Assembly: GCF_006345805.1 (NCBI RefSeq)
Contig: NC_043005.1
Coordinates: forward strand, 14,570,001-14,634,000
DNA from: Octopus sinensis
Taxonomy: Eukaryota
Direction of reading: 5' to 3'
DNA length: 64,000 bases
Part shown: one piece after another, positions 24,075-37,777 of the stretch
Position numbering within the stretch: the stretch's first letter is position 1
How the letters are laid out: every line of letters starts with the position of its first letter
Position numbers and translations under genes: made by a program
Notes under the pieces: generated by a model
Told to the model about the DNA's origin: nothing
The model's database searches: none
What the model saw: the letters and a program-made list of their open reading frames with translations, nothing else

Positions 24075-24480
24075 GGCGGCGAGCTGGCAGAAACGTTAGC
24101 ACGCCGGACGAAATGCTTAGCAGTATTTCGTCTGCTACAACGTTCTGAGTTCAAATTCCGCCGAGGTCCACTTTGCCTTTCATCCTTTCGGAGTCGATTA
24201 AATAAGTACCAGTTACGCACTGGGGTCGATATAATCGACTTAATCCGTTTGTCTGTCGTTGTTTGTGCTCTCTGTATTTAACCCCTTGTGGGTAGTAAAG
24301 AAATAGGTATTTCGTCTGTCTTTGTTCTGAGTTCAAATTCCGCCGAGGTCGACTTTGTTTTCATCGTTTTGGAGTCAATAAATTAAGTACCAGTTGCGTA
24401 CTGAGGTTGATCTAATCGACTGGGGCCCTCCTCCAAAATGTCAGGCCTTGTGCCTAGAGTAGAAAAGATTAAAGTGCATT
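24075..24480 (+). mobile_element. SINE family B (tRNA head, Meta-like central domain), two-unit copy
   Basis: GGCGGCGAGCTGGCAGAAACGTTAG head; GTCGACTTTGCCTTTCATCCTTTCGGGGTCGAT core; unit junction GAAATAG|GTATTTC at 24306/24307. The Meta-domain resemblance is from memory. Confidence 0.85.
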
Positions 24481-25984
24481 TCTTTTTCTTGATGGTCTTT
24501 AACAACGTTATCTGAGAGATTACAGGCGGTGAGCTAACAGTATCGTTAGCATGCCGGGCAAAATGCTTCGTGACATTTCTTCCGGCTTTATGTTCTGAGT
24601 TCAAATTCCGCCGAGGTCCACTTTACCTTGCATCCTTTCGGGGTCGATGAAAGAAAGACCAGCTGAACGGGGTCGATGCAAACGACTATACCCCTTGCCA
24701 CATTTCAGTTCTTGTACATACAGTAGAAAAGATTATTTGAGAGATTATCTTTAATCTCCCAGTTTGTACAGAATGTCATATAATGAATTATGGTCGCTTT
24801 GTCATTCGTTGATACTTTTTCTCTTTCCTCATCAGTGACCACCTAGCAATGTTATTTGACTCACTTTAACTTCTAGAGCGAAACTGATACAGTTGCTAAA
24901 ATGTACAGCAAAATATACTGAAAATTTCAGAAAGGAAATTAAACTACTTGAACAGTAAATTGCTTTTAAGAACCTAAAAGTACTAGAGTAAGACCAACTG
25001 AAATAAGCATTCATATCGATTATCAGAACCGGACTTCTAGTCAAGTATCTTAAAATTGCTGTGTAATATGTTTATTACTCAAAACATGACAGTTCTTATA
25101 AATAGAATCAACACTCAGTTGTATAATCAGCTGGAAACTTTGTGAAATCTAGTAATTGGAATTGAGAACCACGAAGATTCTTACTATATCCAGAGTTCAA
25201 CATCCAAAGGCAGACCAGCCATACTTTAACAAAAAAATACTTTACTTTAATATACTTTACTTTAGCAAAAAATAATTCACATAGAATGAGTGCAAATGAA
25301 ATCGGACTACAAGACAGTCATTGGTGGACTAGAGAGTCACCAAAAATAGACACTGAACAAGCTTCAAAATACAAACTACATGCACGACAATATTAAACAG
25401 TTCTATTTTGTACAGCGACAAAAATACCATGGAGGATGGCGCCTCTGAGTTTTTGCAATATCTATTTTTTATATATATATTTTAAACGAAAACGTTTGAT
25501 TTCTACTCATGTACGATATTGTACAGTTAGTTGATGTTTCCGTTGGTGGTGAAATATTAATATACTATTAATTATTGAGCTAATATTTTCTGTACCCATT
25601 GCCTAAGTATTTACAAATAAATTATTGCTGCTCGCTAAAAACTCAGTAACAACATTATGTTAAAACTAATTAGGCATTTAAACTGGCATACACGCACGCA
25701 AAGACACGCGCGCGTACGTACACACACGTAAGAGTGATTGGTCGAATGAGTACGATATCGCTGAGAAGGGAATAGAACCGGTAATGAATGCTTCGAAGAG
25801 AAACTGGATGAAGTGGTTGACCCATGCACAAAGGAAAGATGAAAGTCACTGGTTTAGAGGAGTGATGGAAATTAATGTGTATGGAACTAAAGTAGAATGC
25901 GGAGGACCGAGAAAGATATGGCCAAATATAATAGAGGAAGAAATGAGTGTAAGAGTATCGTTGGAAGGCGATATAGTGGGTGAA

Positions 25985-26400
25985 GGCGGCGAGCTGGCAG
26001 AAACGTTAGCACGCCGGGCGAAATGCGTAGCCGTATTTCGTCTGCCGCTACGTTCTGAGTTCAAATTCCGTCGAGGTCCACGTTGCCTTTCATGCTTTCG
26101 GGGTCGATAAATTAAGTACCAGTTATGCTCTGGGGTCGATGTAATCGACTTAATCCCTTTGTCTGTCCTTGTTTGTCCCCTCTGTGTTTAGCCCCTTGTG
26201 GGTAGTAAAGAAATAGGTATTTCATCTGCCGTTACGTTCTGAGTTCAAATTCCGCCGAGGTCGACTTTACCTTTCATCCTTTCGGAGTCGATAAATTAAG
26301 TACCAGTTACGCACTGGGATCGATGTAATCGACTTAATCCGTTTATCTGTCCTTGTTTGTCCCCTCTGTGTTTAGCTCCTTGTGGGTGGTAAAGAAATAG
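25985..26400 (+). mobile_element. SINE family B, head plus two 184-nt units
   Basis: Units 26033-26216 and 26217-26400. Confidence 0.88.
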
Positions 26401-26712
26401 ATATATTGGGTGGAGCAAAGTAAAAACTAGCATGGGGCCCGCAAGGCTGACCCCTTCTTACGTAGGAAAGATTACCATAAATGATAGTTGTTATTGCCGC
26501 TGCTACTGCGGCTTTAGTTGTTGTATCACACGCCTGGAAAATATTATCAATGTGAACATAGCTTCGTCGCCAAGATTTTCAACAGGAGTACCTACTTAAA
26601 CAAGTTGTTTTTATTTACAACTAATAAATCATTGTGATTTGGATTTATGCTGTTTTAATTTCTTGTTCCTTCTCTCGACTTTTCCCCTTGGACACATACA
26701 CACACACACACA

Positions 26713-28311
26713 CATACGTACATACACATATTGCGTCTCAAATTATTAACGACGTAACATTTTTGTTACTTTATTTAAAAACTACTCGTTGGAATTCAAC
26801 GGAATTTTCACAGAATTATGGTAACGGTTATATGCGCGAGGTGTGTAAAAAGCGAATGAGGTTTTGTAAAACAACTCAGAAACTACGGCCATTTGCTAAA
26901 TTTACGTAAACTTTCACTGTTTCAAATTATTAGCGAGTCGTAATTAAAACTCATGTAAACAAAAAAATATCAATTTAACTGTTTGATGTGTATACTGAAA
27001 TGAATACATACAGACATACACATAAGGCGGTGCTCCAGCATGGCCGCAGTCAAATGACTGAAACAAGTAAAAGAGTAAAAGAGTAAAAGAGTAGAAGAAA
27101 TAGAAATAAACAAACAAATAAACAGCGTTCAAAAATTATTGGTGAGCTGCTGCTTAGTAAGGAATATATGAGATTTTGTTTGAAACAAGTAGAAAAAGGA
27201 ACTGGTCCATGGAACATGCTAGTTTCTGGATCTCCTCTGATGTTATACCACGAGATACATCCACTATTGCCTGCCACAGTTCATCCTTACTTGGCGTCCA
27301 TTCTCATAAACTCGTCGCTTCAGAATACTCTACAATTTTTTTATTGGGTTTAAGTCGGGGCAACAGGCAGGCCACTTCATCTTCCGAGGTCCACAGAAGT
27401 TTCTTTGCTGAGTGTGAGGGCACATTGTCTTGGCTTAATGGTGATCCTTTGCTTTTTTAACCAAGGTTCAAGGTGCTCCCTCAGAAAGGCTATGTAAGCA
27501 TCCGCAGTCATTTTAACACCGTCAAGCACATTCTAAAGACCAACCATAATAACTCCAATAATACCTCCACAAATCATGCCTCCTCCCTTCAAACGTTGAT
27601 GACGATCTCGTCCATTTACTACCCATCCCTTGCTTCAACCACCAGGTCAATCATGGGTAGTACGAGTTTCATCCGGTAACAAAACTTTTGAAAATTCGAC
27701 CTCCCTACTATCCTCTGCTCATTTCAGACGAATTTGTATGTGTATTTTCTTTAAAGGAGTTCTTTTAACTGATATCACTAGTTTATTGACCTTTTTCAGA
27801 AGACGACATCTGGTAGTTCTGGACACTTGTAAGACCTGTGTCCTTTACAGCTTCACGCTAATTCGTGACAGAAAACGTTGAGAAATAGCCCACGTCGGCT
27901 GTTTTACGTATCTTCGTAGGAGCAGTAACACATTTTTTCACAGATTAGGGATATCTTCCAATTATTTTAGATATTTCTAATGCTGATTTACCTTTTGCAA
28001 GTTCAGAAGTAATAACGGATTTCTCTGAAGCAATTAAGTTAAATTAACAACCCATAATTACAAGATTATCAGTTTACTCGTTAATAATTTGGAACACTGA
28101 AACTTCGGGGAAATCATGCAAATGGCCGCAGTTTGTTTACACTTGTGCGAAACCTCACATCTTTGATACACCAGACATGTATAACTATTACCACCATTCT
28201 GTGAAAATTTCGTTGAATTCCAACGAGTAGTTTTTAAATAAAATTTTTGAAATGTTACGTCATTAATAATTTGAAAGGCAATGTGTGTGTGTGTGTGTGT
28301 ATGTACGTATG
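26713..28311 (-). mobile_element. Decayed Tc1-like (DD34E-type) transposon, about 1.6 kb
   Basis: Long TIRs (about 26713-26830 vs about 28180-28311). Minus-strand transposase remnants GWVVNGRDRHQRL, DGVKMTADAYIAFLREHLEPW, QDNVPSHSAKK, PDLNPI..L*SILKRRVYENG. A SINE A tail is inserted at about 27027-27095. Confidence 0.88.
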
Positions 28312-28318
28312 TATGAAT

Positions 28319-28354
<36 letters not shown>

Positions 28355-28611
28355 AATATGAGTGGTTTAGTTCACTGGTGATCTAAACGAATAGATACAC
28401 TGTAAGTGCTATAGTTGGTCATCCATCAGGTTCAAAGTTCACAGCTGAGGCTGGAGCTAGGGATCCGTAGTAGACTTCCGAGTTAGCAGGTATATATTAG
28501 AGGAAAAAGTACAACAAAATCCAAGATAGGAAGCTTATCTCAAGTCATTTAGAATATTTAATTAGAGTAACATGAATTTGGGTTAATTAATCAAGTAATT
28601 AATTATTGGAT

Positions 28612-28687
28612 TCTTACAGCTGTTTCTGGGATATTCCTAGTGATAGGTTAGCATCTCCATATATACTGGGTATTCCGTCATCAGAGA
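28612..28687 (-). ncRNA. Type I hammerhead ribozyme, canonical core, decayed stem II
   Basis: TCT-CTGATGA-CGGAATACCC...GGAATATCCCA-GAAA-CAGCTG-T-A-AGA, with palindromic stem III ACAGCTGT. Confidence 0.6.
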
Positions 28688-28912
28688 CACGGTGAGTATG
28701 TATGAAAGTTCTAGAAAGAGAATTCACAGTTTGTAAAGGAATAAAATAGAAGATAGAATAAATTAGTAGATAAAAGAATAAAGAATAAAGAATAAAACAG
28801 TAGATATTCTCCTATCTGTATTCTTCTGCCTATTGTTTTACTCTTTATTCTTCTGTCTAGCATTTTATTCTTTTATAAACTGAATTCCTTTATTCCTTTA
28901 TTCTTTTATTCT

Positions 28913-29104
28913 TTTATTTGTTTCAGTCATTTGACTGCGGCCATGCTGGAGCATCGCCTTTAGCAAATCGACCCCCAGGACTTATTCTTCGTAAGCCTAT
29001 CGGTCTCCCTTGCCGAACCGCTAAGTGACGTGGACGTAAACACACCAGCATCGGTTGTCAAGCGATGTTGGGGGGGGGGGCGACAAACATATGCACACAC
29101 ACAC

Positions 29105-29162
<58 letters not shown>

Positions 29163-29330
29163 GCATACGACAGGCTTCTTTCAGTTTCCGTCTACAAAAT
29201 CCACTCACAAGGCTTTGGTCGGCCCGAAGCTATAGTAGAAGACACTTGCCCAAGGTGCCACACAGTGAGACTGAACCCGGAACCATGTGGTTTATAAGCA
29301 AGCTACTTACCACACAGCCACTCCTGCGCC
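28913..29330 (-). mobile_element. SINE family A
   Basis: Full head, microsatellite and tail. Confidence 0.88.
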
Positions 29331-29603
29331 TTGTATGTCTGTCTGTCTGTCTGTCTGTCTGTATGTATGTATGTATGTATGTATGTATGAATGAGTGTGT
29401 GTGTGTGTGTGTGTGTGTGTGTCTGTGCTTGTGCGAAGCGAAAATGAGCTTCGAGAAATACCTCAGAGACTGCAGACTACAGATCGATCACTTTGTGGCA
29501 ATTGGTACCAATTCCAAATGAGATGGGATTCTCACGAATCAAGAATTCTCCGAAATTGTTATATCACCAAGAAAACGACTGATTGTCTGGAGACTAGATG
29601 ACA

Positions 29604-29648
29604 GCAGGGTACACATATTTCTGCCTCAATGGACCTCATCAGCACAGC
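29604..29648 (-). ncRNA. Degenerate minimal hammerhead-like motif
   Basis: GCTGTG-CTGATGA-GGTCCATTGAGGCA-GAAA-TATGTG-T-A-CCCTGC; core intact, stems I and II poorly paired. Confidence 0.3.
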
Positions 29649-30069
29649 TATTTTCTACCTTAACTTCTTCAGACGAGATATATAGGCATACAAGGTAGTT
29701 GAAATACTACGAACGAAAAGCATCTAACCTTTTTTGTCCGGTGTACTACCTATTCTCCCAGCCAGCACGCTGCTTTAAATCAGTAAAGAGTATATTGGTT
29801 TCGAATTTTGGCACAAGGCCAGCAATTTGCGGGGAGGGGGAGGGTCGATTACATCAACCTCAGTGCTCAGCTGGAACTTATTTTATCGACAGCGAAAGGA
29901 TGGAATGAAAAGTCGACCTCGGCGGAATTTGAACTTGGAACGTAAGGATGGAAGAAATGCTGCAAATCGTTGTGTCCGGCGTGCTTACGACTCTGCCAGC
30001 TAGCCACCCTAAGCTCGGTAGGGTATATTAAACTATATTTTACATAGTGCAAACATTTTATGAGATTAA

Positions 30070-30439
30070 GGAGCACTCCGTCGGTTACGACGATGAGGGT
30101 CCCAGCTGATCCGATCAACGGAACAGCTTGCTCGTGGAATTAACGTGCAAGTGGCTGAGCACTCCACAGACACGTGTACCCTTAACGTAGTTCTCGAGGA
30201 GATTCAGCGCGTGACACAGAGTGTGACAAGGCTGGCCCTTTGAAATACAGGTACAACAGAAACAGGAAGAAAGAGTGAGAGAAAGTTGTGGTGAAAGAGT
30301 ACAGCAGGGTTCACCCCCCCCCCCTGCAGGAGCCTCGTGATGCTTTAGGTGTTTTCGCTCAATAAACACTCACAATGCTCGGTCTGGGAATCGAAACCGC
30401 GAGTCCGCTGCCCTAACCACTAGGCCATTGCGCCTCTAC
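30070..30439 (-). mobile_element. SINE family C
   Basis: Matches 9930-10323. Confidence 0.88.
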
Positions 30440-30979
30440 GGATGTAGACTATGAGCTCAGAATAGCACGTCACGAGGTATTCCTCTTACTTGGTGTAAAA
30501 TAAAATAATAATATTGCCATTGATTAAATCTATTTTCCTGCGCCATCCCCTATACGGTCATCTACATATATTTGGAATTTTTTTTTACCATTATTTAGGT
30601 AAGAAGGGGAGGCTATGTTTTGCCGGTGAGATCAGAATAACACCGAAACATATTCTTCTCAGGTAAGTGCCCGAAAAAATTTAAAAAGTAACTTCAATGA
30701 CCGATTAATACTATGCACCGAATAGTTATTTTTTGCTAGTTGTTTAATGCTTTATATATAACCACATATGTTAACGCTGACTTAAATAAACATCGGTCTT
30801 TTTCTCTTCTGGTATTTATCCACTCCTCGTGCTGTCTTTTTTTCATTCTTTGTTAATCTTGTTATTCTCACCTGTTTTTGTATATTAATTTAAAGAGTGA
30901 CTCATGTTTAGATAGCTCTTGGCTCTGACTGTCGTTTGAATTGTTTCTTAAGAAATCTAATTTGTTCTTTACAATACAG

Positions 30980-31204
30980 TATTTCATCTTCTTCTTCTTC
31001 TTCTTTCTTCTTCTTCTTCTTCTTTTCTTCTTATTCTTCTTCTTCTCTCTCTCTTCTCTTCTTCTTCCTTCTTCTTCTTCCTTCTTCTTCTTCTTCTTCT
31101 TCTTCTTCTTCTTCTTCTTCTTCGCTTCTTCTTCTCTTCTTCTCTTCTTCTTCTTCTTTTCCTCCTCCTTCTTCTTCTCTTCTCTCTTCATCTTCTTCTC
31201 TTCT

Positions 31205-31249
<45 letters not shown>

Positions 31250-31290
31250 TTCTCTCTTCTTCTTCTTCTTATTATTATTATTACTATTAC

Positions 31291-31339
<49 letters not shown>

Positions 31340-31388
31340 GTTGTTGTTGTTGTTGTTGTTATTGTTGTTGTTGCTGTTGTTGTTATTG
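30980..31388. repeat. Compound (TTC)n-(TTA)n-(TTG)n microsatellite
   Basis: Direct reading. Confidence 0.95.
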
Positions 31389-31916
31389 AGTGAGAGAGCA
31401 GTGCATGCCATCAAAGTGACACTGGGGTAAAATATACAAAGCCCAGTATACCCATCATGACTACCCGTCTGATAAGGGTACACTAGGCACATGCATCACA
31501 ACCATATGTATGCGACATGATGATCTCATATCAAGATAAACAGCACATGGCCTTGCAGGTGGAGCCCACTTAGAATTTTCTTCTAGTCGAGTAACCCATC
31601 CCGCTCAAAAGTCCCTGAATAAAGGTTGTTTAAGGATGTTTAAGGATGTTGAACGAAATGCCTATGTTTCCAAAGGTGAATTATTCAAACCCCAAAGAAT
31701 CCCTCTCAACACATGGCTATGATGCTCCCCCACTACTTCTGCTTGTGATCATAGATGCACATATTGTCAACCACTAAAGGACATGGTCAACTGGTTAAGT
31801 TCAAACAACTGACAAGTAAATCTGTGGTATTGAGCAGAATATTTGCTGTAGCCCATCTTTTATACCAAGACAAAACAATGTACATGATAACACTTCCAAT
31901 CATTATTATTATTATA

Positions 31917-31974
<58 letters not shown>

Positions 31975-32859
31975 TATTATTATTACTATTATTCCACCTC
32001 TCTTCTCTTTCCTTTTTCATCCCACACAGGTACATTAAACCGAGTCGAGTATTTAACTGGTACTTCATTTTAACAACTTAGGATAGATGAAAGATAAAGC
32101 TGACTTCAGCAGGATCAGAACTGAAACTGCAAAGACCTGGAACTAAATATAGCCATGTATTTTGTCCAATGCTTTTACGATTCTATCACTGTATTGTCGA
32201 TATCAAGACCTACATAAAATTAAATCTCAACAGATTGTAATACTTTTCGCCTGTTCAGTTATTAGTTTTACCAGTTCCTTTCATTTGCAAAGAGCTGTGG
32301 ACCTCAATTCGAGGTCGTGGACCCCTCTATGCACTTTTATTTGCTTTGTCTTTGGTGCGTATTCTTTTTGGCTTGCTCTCTTTTTTCTTGCTTTTTTTCC
32401 GATGTCAGACACACTTTCCGTCTCTTTGTCATTACAAAGTTTATCCTATATCTATCTTACTCTGTTAAGTTACTCTATTACCTTACTCTATTAATCTATA
32501 AAATGTAAGAGTGAACTCTCCACTAAATCATATTGCCTTGTAGTTTCAGAGTTGTGAGCATCGGATGCTCATCGTCAGTCTCAGCTCCTCAATATCACAA
32601 ATTATAATATCCTTCTCGCGAACAATTCATTGAAGTATTTCAGCCCAAGTTAACAGAGCGAAGGCCTTTCTTCCATGTGGTACAAATTTACACTTAATTC
32701 TACATGAACCTTCCGTAATAAGTAAGACTCTTTTCCCCTTCTTTGATGCTTTTTCTGCATCCATTCAGCTTTAAGAAGACGCATTTGGGACAACTATTAA
32801 TCATGAAACCGACGCAGTAACAAATCATTAAAAAATGTATGCATCTCGTTTATTTATTA

Positions 32860-33254
32860 CTAGCAGTATCGCCCGGCGTTGCTCGGATTTGTAAGGGAAA
32901 TAACTATATAAGCATTTTTAGAGAGTTATAGCCAAAAAATAGCAAAAAAATGCATTAAAAATGGAAAAAAAATGATGGTAAATTTTTTTTAAATCGTTCA
33001 CTCATCGTAGACATTTTTAGAGAGTTACTTCCCTTATATAATAGCGAAAAATGCATTAAATTGCAAAAAAATGATGGTAAATTTTTTTTTTAATCGTAGA
33101 CTTATCGTAGACGCGCGCTAATACCCAGAAGGGCTCGATATAAATCACGACTATAAGATACCCGGTTTTGATTAAACTGCACCGCAAAATGTGGGAGTAG
33201 TTAGGAATCTAAATCGTAGGAGACAGACACACAACTTCACTTTATAGATAAAGA
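32860..33254 (-). mobile_element. Non-autonomous Helitron
   Basis: Same termini and hairpin as 9157-9553. Confidence 0.9.
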
Positions 33255-33489
33255 TTTTTGTCAGACAAATAAATTAATTGCGAATCTCCCGCTATTATGT
33301 ATTAAAAGATTGCCTATTTTACGTTTTAGAAACTAACGTCCGCTAGTCGGATTTGAAATAGCATTGCATATGTTACTATTAGCGCTGTTCATGGAAGTGT
33401 AGCGAAAGAAATGATCGGTAAAGCTGTAGAAAGGGAGTTGTATTTAGTTGCACCCCTTTACGTTCTGAGAAATAGATGTATTAAGCTGT

Positions 33490-33845
33490 AGGTCTTCCTA
33501 TTCTCTATCTCATGGTCGCACTGAATCATAAAATCCCACAGGATCTTTGCATTATCATTTTCGACGATGCCTTCAGGTTTGTGTTCGTACCAATTTTTTG
33601 CTCTGTCAAGTCCATACTTGTTGCAAAGTGTCCAGTGGACAAGACTTGCTATATTGTCGTGGCGTCTCTTATATTCTTTCTGGGCTAGTGGCGTACATTG
33701 GCTGGTAATATGCCATACGATTTCACCATTTTGTCCACAGATTCTGCACTTATCACTTTGTGATGCGTTGTCTATTCTGGAGAATATTTTATGTAGTTTG
33801 TTCTTAATGCTTGCTCTTGAGCAGCACAGACTAGAGCCTCCGTTT
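33490..33845 (-). mobile_element. R4/Dong-type LINE C-terminal fragment (CCHC knuckle and restriction-like endonuclease region)
   Basis: ETEALVCAAQEQALRTNY; CRICGQNGEIVWHITSQC (C-x2-C-x8-H-x4-C); YKRRHDNIA; KILWDFMIQCDHEIE. Confidence 0.88.
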
Positions 33846-34126
33846 ACGGTTTTAAATCACTTTTAGTCATCCAAAGCCATCTTCTTTCTCTGTTTGTCTT
33901 ATCTTTCTTTACACACCTATTTTCAGTTTCATTCGTTTTCAATTGCTTGTACAGTGCTTTATCTTTGCAATCATTATTATTATTATTACTGTTGTTTCTT
34001 TGGCTAAGCTCTTTCGTCACACCCTGTAACCTCTTCAGCGACTCATTAGCCCGCGTGTCTCTACGTCTGTTGCTTAGTCCAAAGAAACAAAAACAATAAT
34101 AATAAAGCTGAAGTAGAAACCAAAAA

Positions 34127-34199
<73 letters not shown>

Positions 34200-34201
<2 letters not shown>

Positions 34202-34383
34202 AAGTTAATCCAAACAAGAAAGCACAAAAAAAACACAACAACGCAAGGACGTGGAACAAATAAAGTATTATTGAACGCTCAAGAAAGAAGGGAAGAAGGA
34301 GGGTTTAACGTTTCGAGCGGAGCTCTTCGTCGGAAACATAGGAGAAGGAAAGATCCCGAGAAGGGAAGACAGAGGAAAAAAAA
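34200..34383 (-). mobile_element. Short Penelope-like terminal repeat between (TA)n runs
   Basis: Carries the hammerhead-like motif at 34303-34337. Confidence 0.55.
34303..34337 (-). ncRNA. Minimal type I hammerhead-like motif with U4C change
   Basis: GTTT-CCGACGA-A-GAGC(TCC)GCTC-GAAA-CG-T-T-AAAC. Confidence 0.55.
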
Positions 34384-35174
34384 TATATATATATATATAT
34401 TTGAGGATGTTTGTGCGTGTGTGAGAGTGAATGGCCGAAAACAGGTTGGTCATCTGGAGCCAAGCCGGAACTTCTATTCATGTAGATAGAGGACAACAAA
34501 CAATACATTTACCAACCAAATTAATTTGATATACACGAATCAATTATACATACACGAATCAACGAGAATCAAGTAATAGTAGCGCGTACAGTTTACCAAT
34601 GGGAGTTATAGGAATTTTAATTATGTGTCTTGGTGGGAGCATGGAAATGGGTGATTGAGATCGAGAGAGTGGATTAGTGTATGCATGTTGTATGGTGTGT
34701 GCTTGCGCACATGTGCGTGGGCGCAGGCGCACTTCATTTTAATAACCCGGATAGATGTAAGATCAGGTTGACTTTAGCAATATCAGAAGGACCCGGAACA
34801 AATTATTAGCAAATATTTTGATCAATGCTCTTACGATTTTGGCACTCCCTCTCTGTTAACAATAGCTAGATAAATATAAAATCGAGTCCACCTCCTCTCC
34901 AGGTTGTTGAACCCGTCTTCTATCAGCACGTTTATTAGCTTTTTTTTTTTTTTAGTTTGTTTGCTTTGCGAGGAATTGTGAACTTCAGTTGGACGCAGGT
35001 TGTGGATTAATCACGCTTTTCCTTGCTTTATCGTGCCGTGGTTTTGGATGCGAGTCTGTTTGCCTTTTCTTGTTTTCTCGATGGTCCCAGGAGGCAAAGC
35101 TACTTTCTTCATTGCCACAAGACGACGGTTCTACTTTAACTGTAGAGTTTCACCTAAACCGGCACTCCGTTAAT

Positions 35175-35395
35175 CTTTTGCTCTGTCTAGTCCTTACTTG
35201 TTGCAAAGTGTTCAGTGGACAAGCCTTGCTATATTGTCGTGGGGTCTCTTATATTCCTTCTGGGCTAGTGGCGTACATTGCCTGGTAATATGCCATATGC
35301 TTTCACCATTTTGTCCACAGATTCTGCATTTATCACTTTCTGCTGTGTTGTTTATTCTGTAGAATATTTTATGTAGTTTGTTCTTAGTGCTTGCC
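35175..35395 (-). mobile_element. Second copy of the R4/Dong C-terminal fragment
   Basis: Direct-repeat homolog of about 33600-33815. Confidence 0.8.
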
Positions 35396-35562
35396 TGCGC
35401 CCAACACTCTGTACGCTCCTCTAAATCACACTTGTTAAATGGTCGTGAGCGCCTGCTTGCTCATCGTCTGTCTCATCTCCCCGATATAACAGGTGGCGTC
35501 TTCCATCTCTCGAACAATCTATTGAAATACTTCAGTCCAGGGTAACGAACGTTATTACATAT

Positions 35563-35822
35563 ACTCTCTTTTTACTTTTTTACTTGTTTCAGTCGTTTGA
35601 CTGTGGCCACGCTGGAGCACCGCCTTTTAGTCGAGCAAATCTATCCCAGGACGTATTCTCTGTAAGCCTAGTACTTATTCTATCGGGTTCTTTTTGCCGA
35701 ACCGCTAAGTTACGGGGACGTAAACACATCAGCATCGGTTGTCAGGCGATTTTAAGGGGACTAACACAGACACACAAACATATACATACATACATACATA
35801 CATACATACATACATACATACA

Positions 35823-35882
<60 letters not shown>

Positions 35883-36043
35883 CGACGAGCTTCTTTCAGT
35901 TTCCGTCAACCAAATCCACTCACAAGGCTTTGGTCGGCCAGAGGCTAAGTAGAAGACACTTGCCCAAGATGCAACGCAGTGGGACTGAACCCGAAACCAT
36001 GTGGTTGGCAAGCAAGTTACTTACCACACATCCATTCCTACGC
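35563..36043 (-). mobile_element. SINE family A
   Basis: Internal (TACA)n expansion. Confidence 0.88.
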
Positions 36044-36449
36044 ATATAGATTGCTTCAGTCAGATCCTTCCTCCAGATGATACTTATTTACACCTAAATC
36101 TACTTGAATGTCCGGTAACAAGTAAATTTTCCCTTCTTTGGTGCAATTTTCTGCTATTAACAGAGCTCAACATTAATTACAGGATGTGCTGATATGCACG
36201 TGATTATACGCGCGTGGGGATGGAGTGAACGGCGGTGCGAATATGAATATCATGGAGAAAGACATTTTAAAAACTGCTAGCAATAATCTAACCACCCATG
36301 TTTTGATAACCTGACAAACCGGATTGACACAGCAAGTCTCTACTTTCTTGCGGTAATGAAATGGTAACATATTTTCATGGTAGGCTATAAATGGCAGGTT
36401 CGATTTTCGCCAGTGGTTTAACTGTCCCTTTCTCTCTAAAATTCTTTTG

Positions 36450-36697
36450 GTCTTTTACTTGTTTCAGTCATTTGACTGCGGCCATGCTGGAGCACCGCCT
36501 CTAGCCGAGCAATTCGACCCCAGGATTTATTCTTTGTAAGTCTAGTACTTATCGGTCTATTTTGCCAAACCGCTAAGTTACAGGGACCTAAATACACCAA
36601 CATTGGTGTCAAGCGATGGTGGAGAACAAACATAGACACACAAATACATACATACATACATACATACATACATACATACATACATACATACATACAC

Positions 36698-36756
<59 letters not shown>

Positions 36757-36893
36757 TACAAAATCCACTCACAAAGCTTTGGTCGGCCGAGGCTAAAGTA
36801 GAAGACATTTGCCAAAGGTGCCTCGCAATGGGACTGGACGCAGAACTGTGGAGTTGGAAAGCAAGGTTCTTACCACACAGCTACTCCTGCGCC
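36450..36893 (-). mobile_element. SINE family A, diverged
   Basis: Head and tail recognisable. Confidence 0.82.
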
Positions 36894-37553
36894 TATGATT
36901 TTTTATATGAGTTTGATATGCACGTTGTGTGTGTATGTGTATGTGTGTGTGTTAACGTGCATATATCTGCATGCATGCGCGACTAGGTGTGATTGTGTGT
37001 ATATGTATCTCTGGAGTCGTGTGTGTGTGTGTGTATGCATGTATGTGTCTGTATATGTATATGAGTTTTGATTTATGCGTGTGTGTAAGCATTACAGAGA
37101 AAGAAAGAAAGGAAAAAGAAAGAAAGAAAGAAAGAAGCGGAACACAGCCAGCCCGAATCGTTCCATGTGGATTGGCCGAATCGTCAGAGAGTCGGACAAA
37201 ATATCTTGCGGTATTTTGTTACGGACCTCTATATTCTCAATGCAAACCCCACTCATCGTTCAGGAGTTGAGAAATCAAAGTATCACTCAAGTACTAGGAT
37301 CAGTATAATCGATTACACTCTTACTTTTCCTTGAATTCTGTTGGTGTAATGTTTCACCTTCTCCTCTCACGGATAGACGAAGACATATACTGGACATGGC
37401 CAAACGGAGGTTAGGCATGGCTGCATGATTACGAAGTTCGTTCCGCGCTCAAATTGTAAATGCTTGGCTATGGATATTTGTTTTGTGCGTAAGACATATT
37501 TGGAAATGGAGCACAATCGATTGCTTATAGGACGACGGTTGATAGCATTAAAA

Positions 37554-37777
37554 GGCGGCGAGCTGGCAGAAGCGTTAGCGCGCCGGGCGAAATACTCAGC
37601 AGTATTTCGTCTGTCGCTACGTTCAAATTCCACCGAAGTCGACTTTGCCTTTCATCCTTCCGGGGTCGATAAATTAAGTACCAGTTACGCACTGGTGTCG
37701 ATGTAATCGACTTAATCCATTTGTCTGTCCTTGTTTGTCCCCTCTGTGTTTAGCCCCTTGTGGGTAGTAAAGAAATA
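37554..37777 (+). mobile_element. SINE family B monomer
   Basis: About 18-bp TSD GGTT(G/A)ATAGCATTAAAAG (37537-37554, 37778-37795). Confidence 0.9.

Noticed and set aside
32540-32582. Minus-strand CTGACGA plus TGAGCAT/ATGCTCA hairpin
   Set aside because: Seven extra nt separate the stem from GAAA and there is no stem III/I; the homologous sequence at about 35450 lacks the hairpin.
36173-36370. Candidate NT5E exon 1 (hydrophobic ORF; HDIHIR in another frame)
   Set aside because: No DAGD/GT.W/YDAM motifs, stops intervene, and no suitable phase-0 donor.
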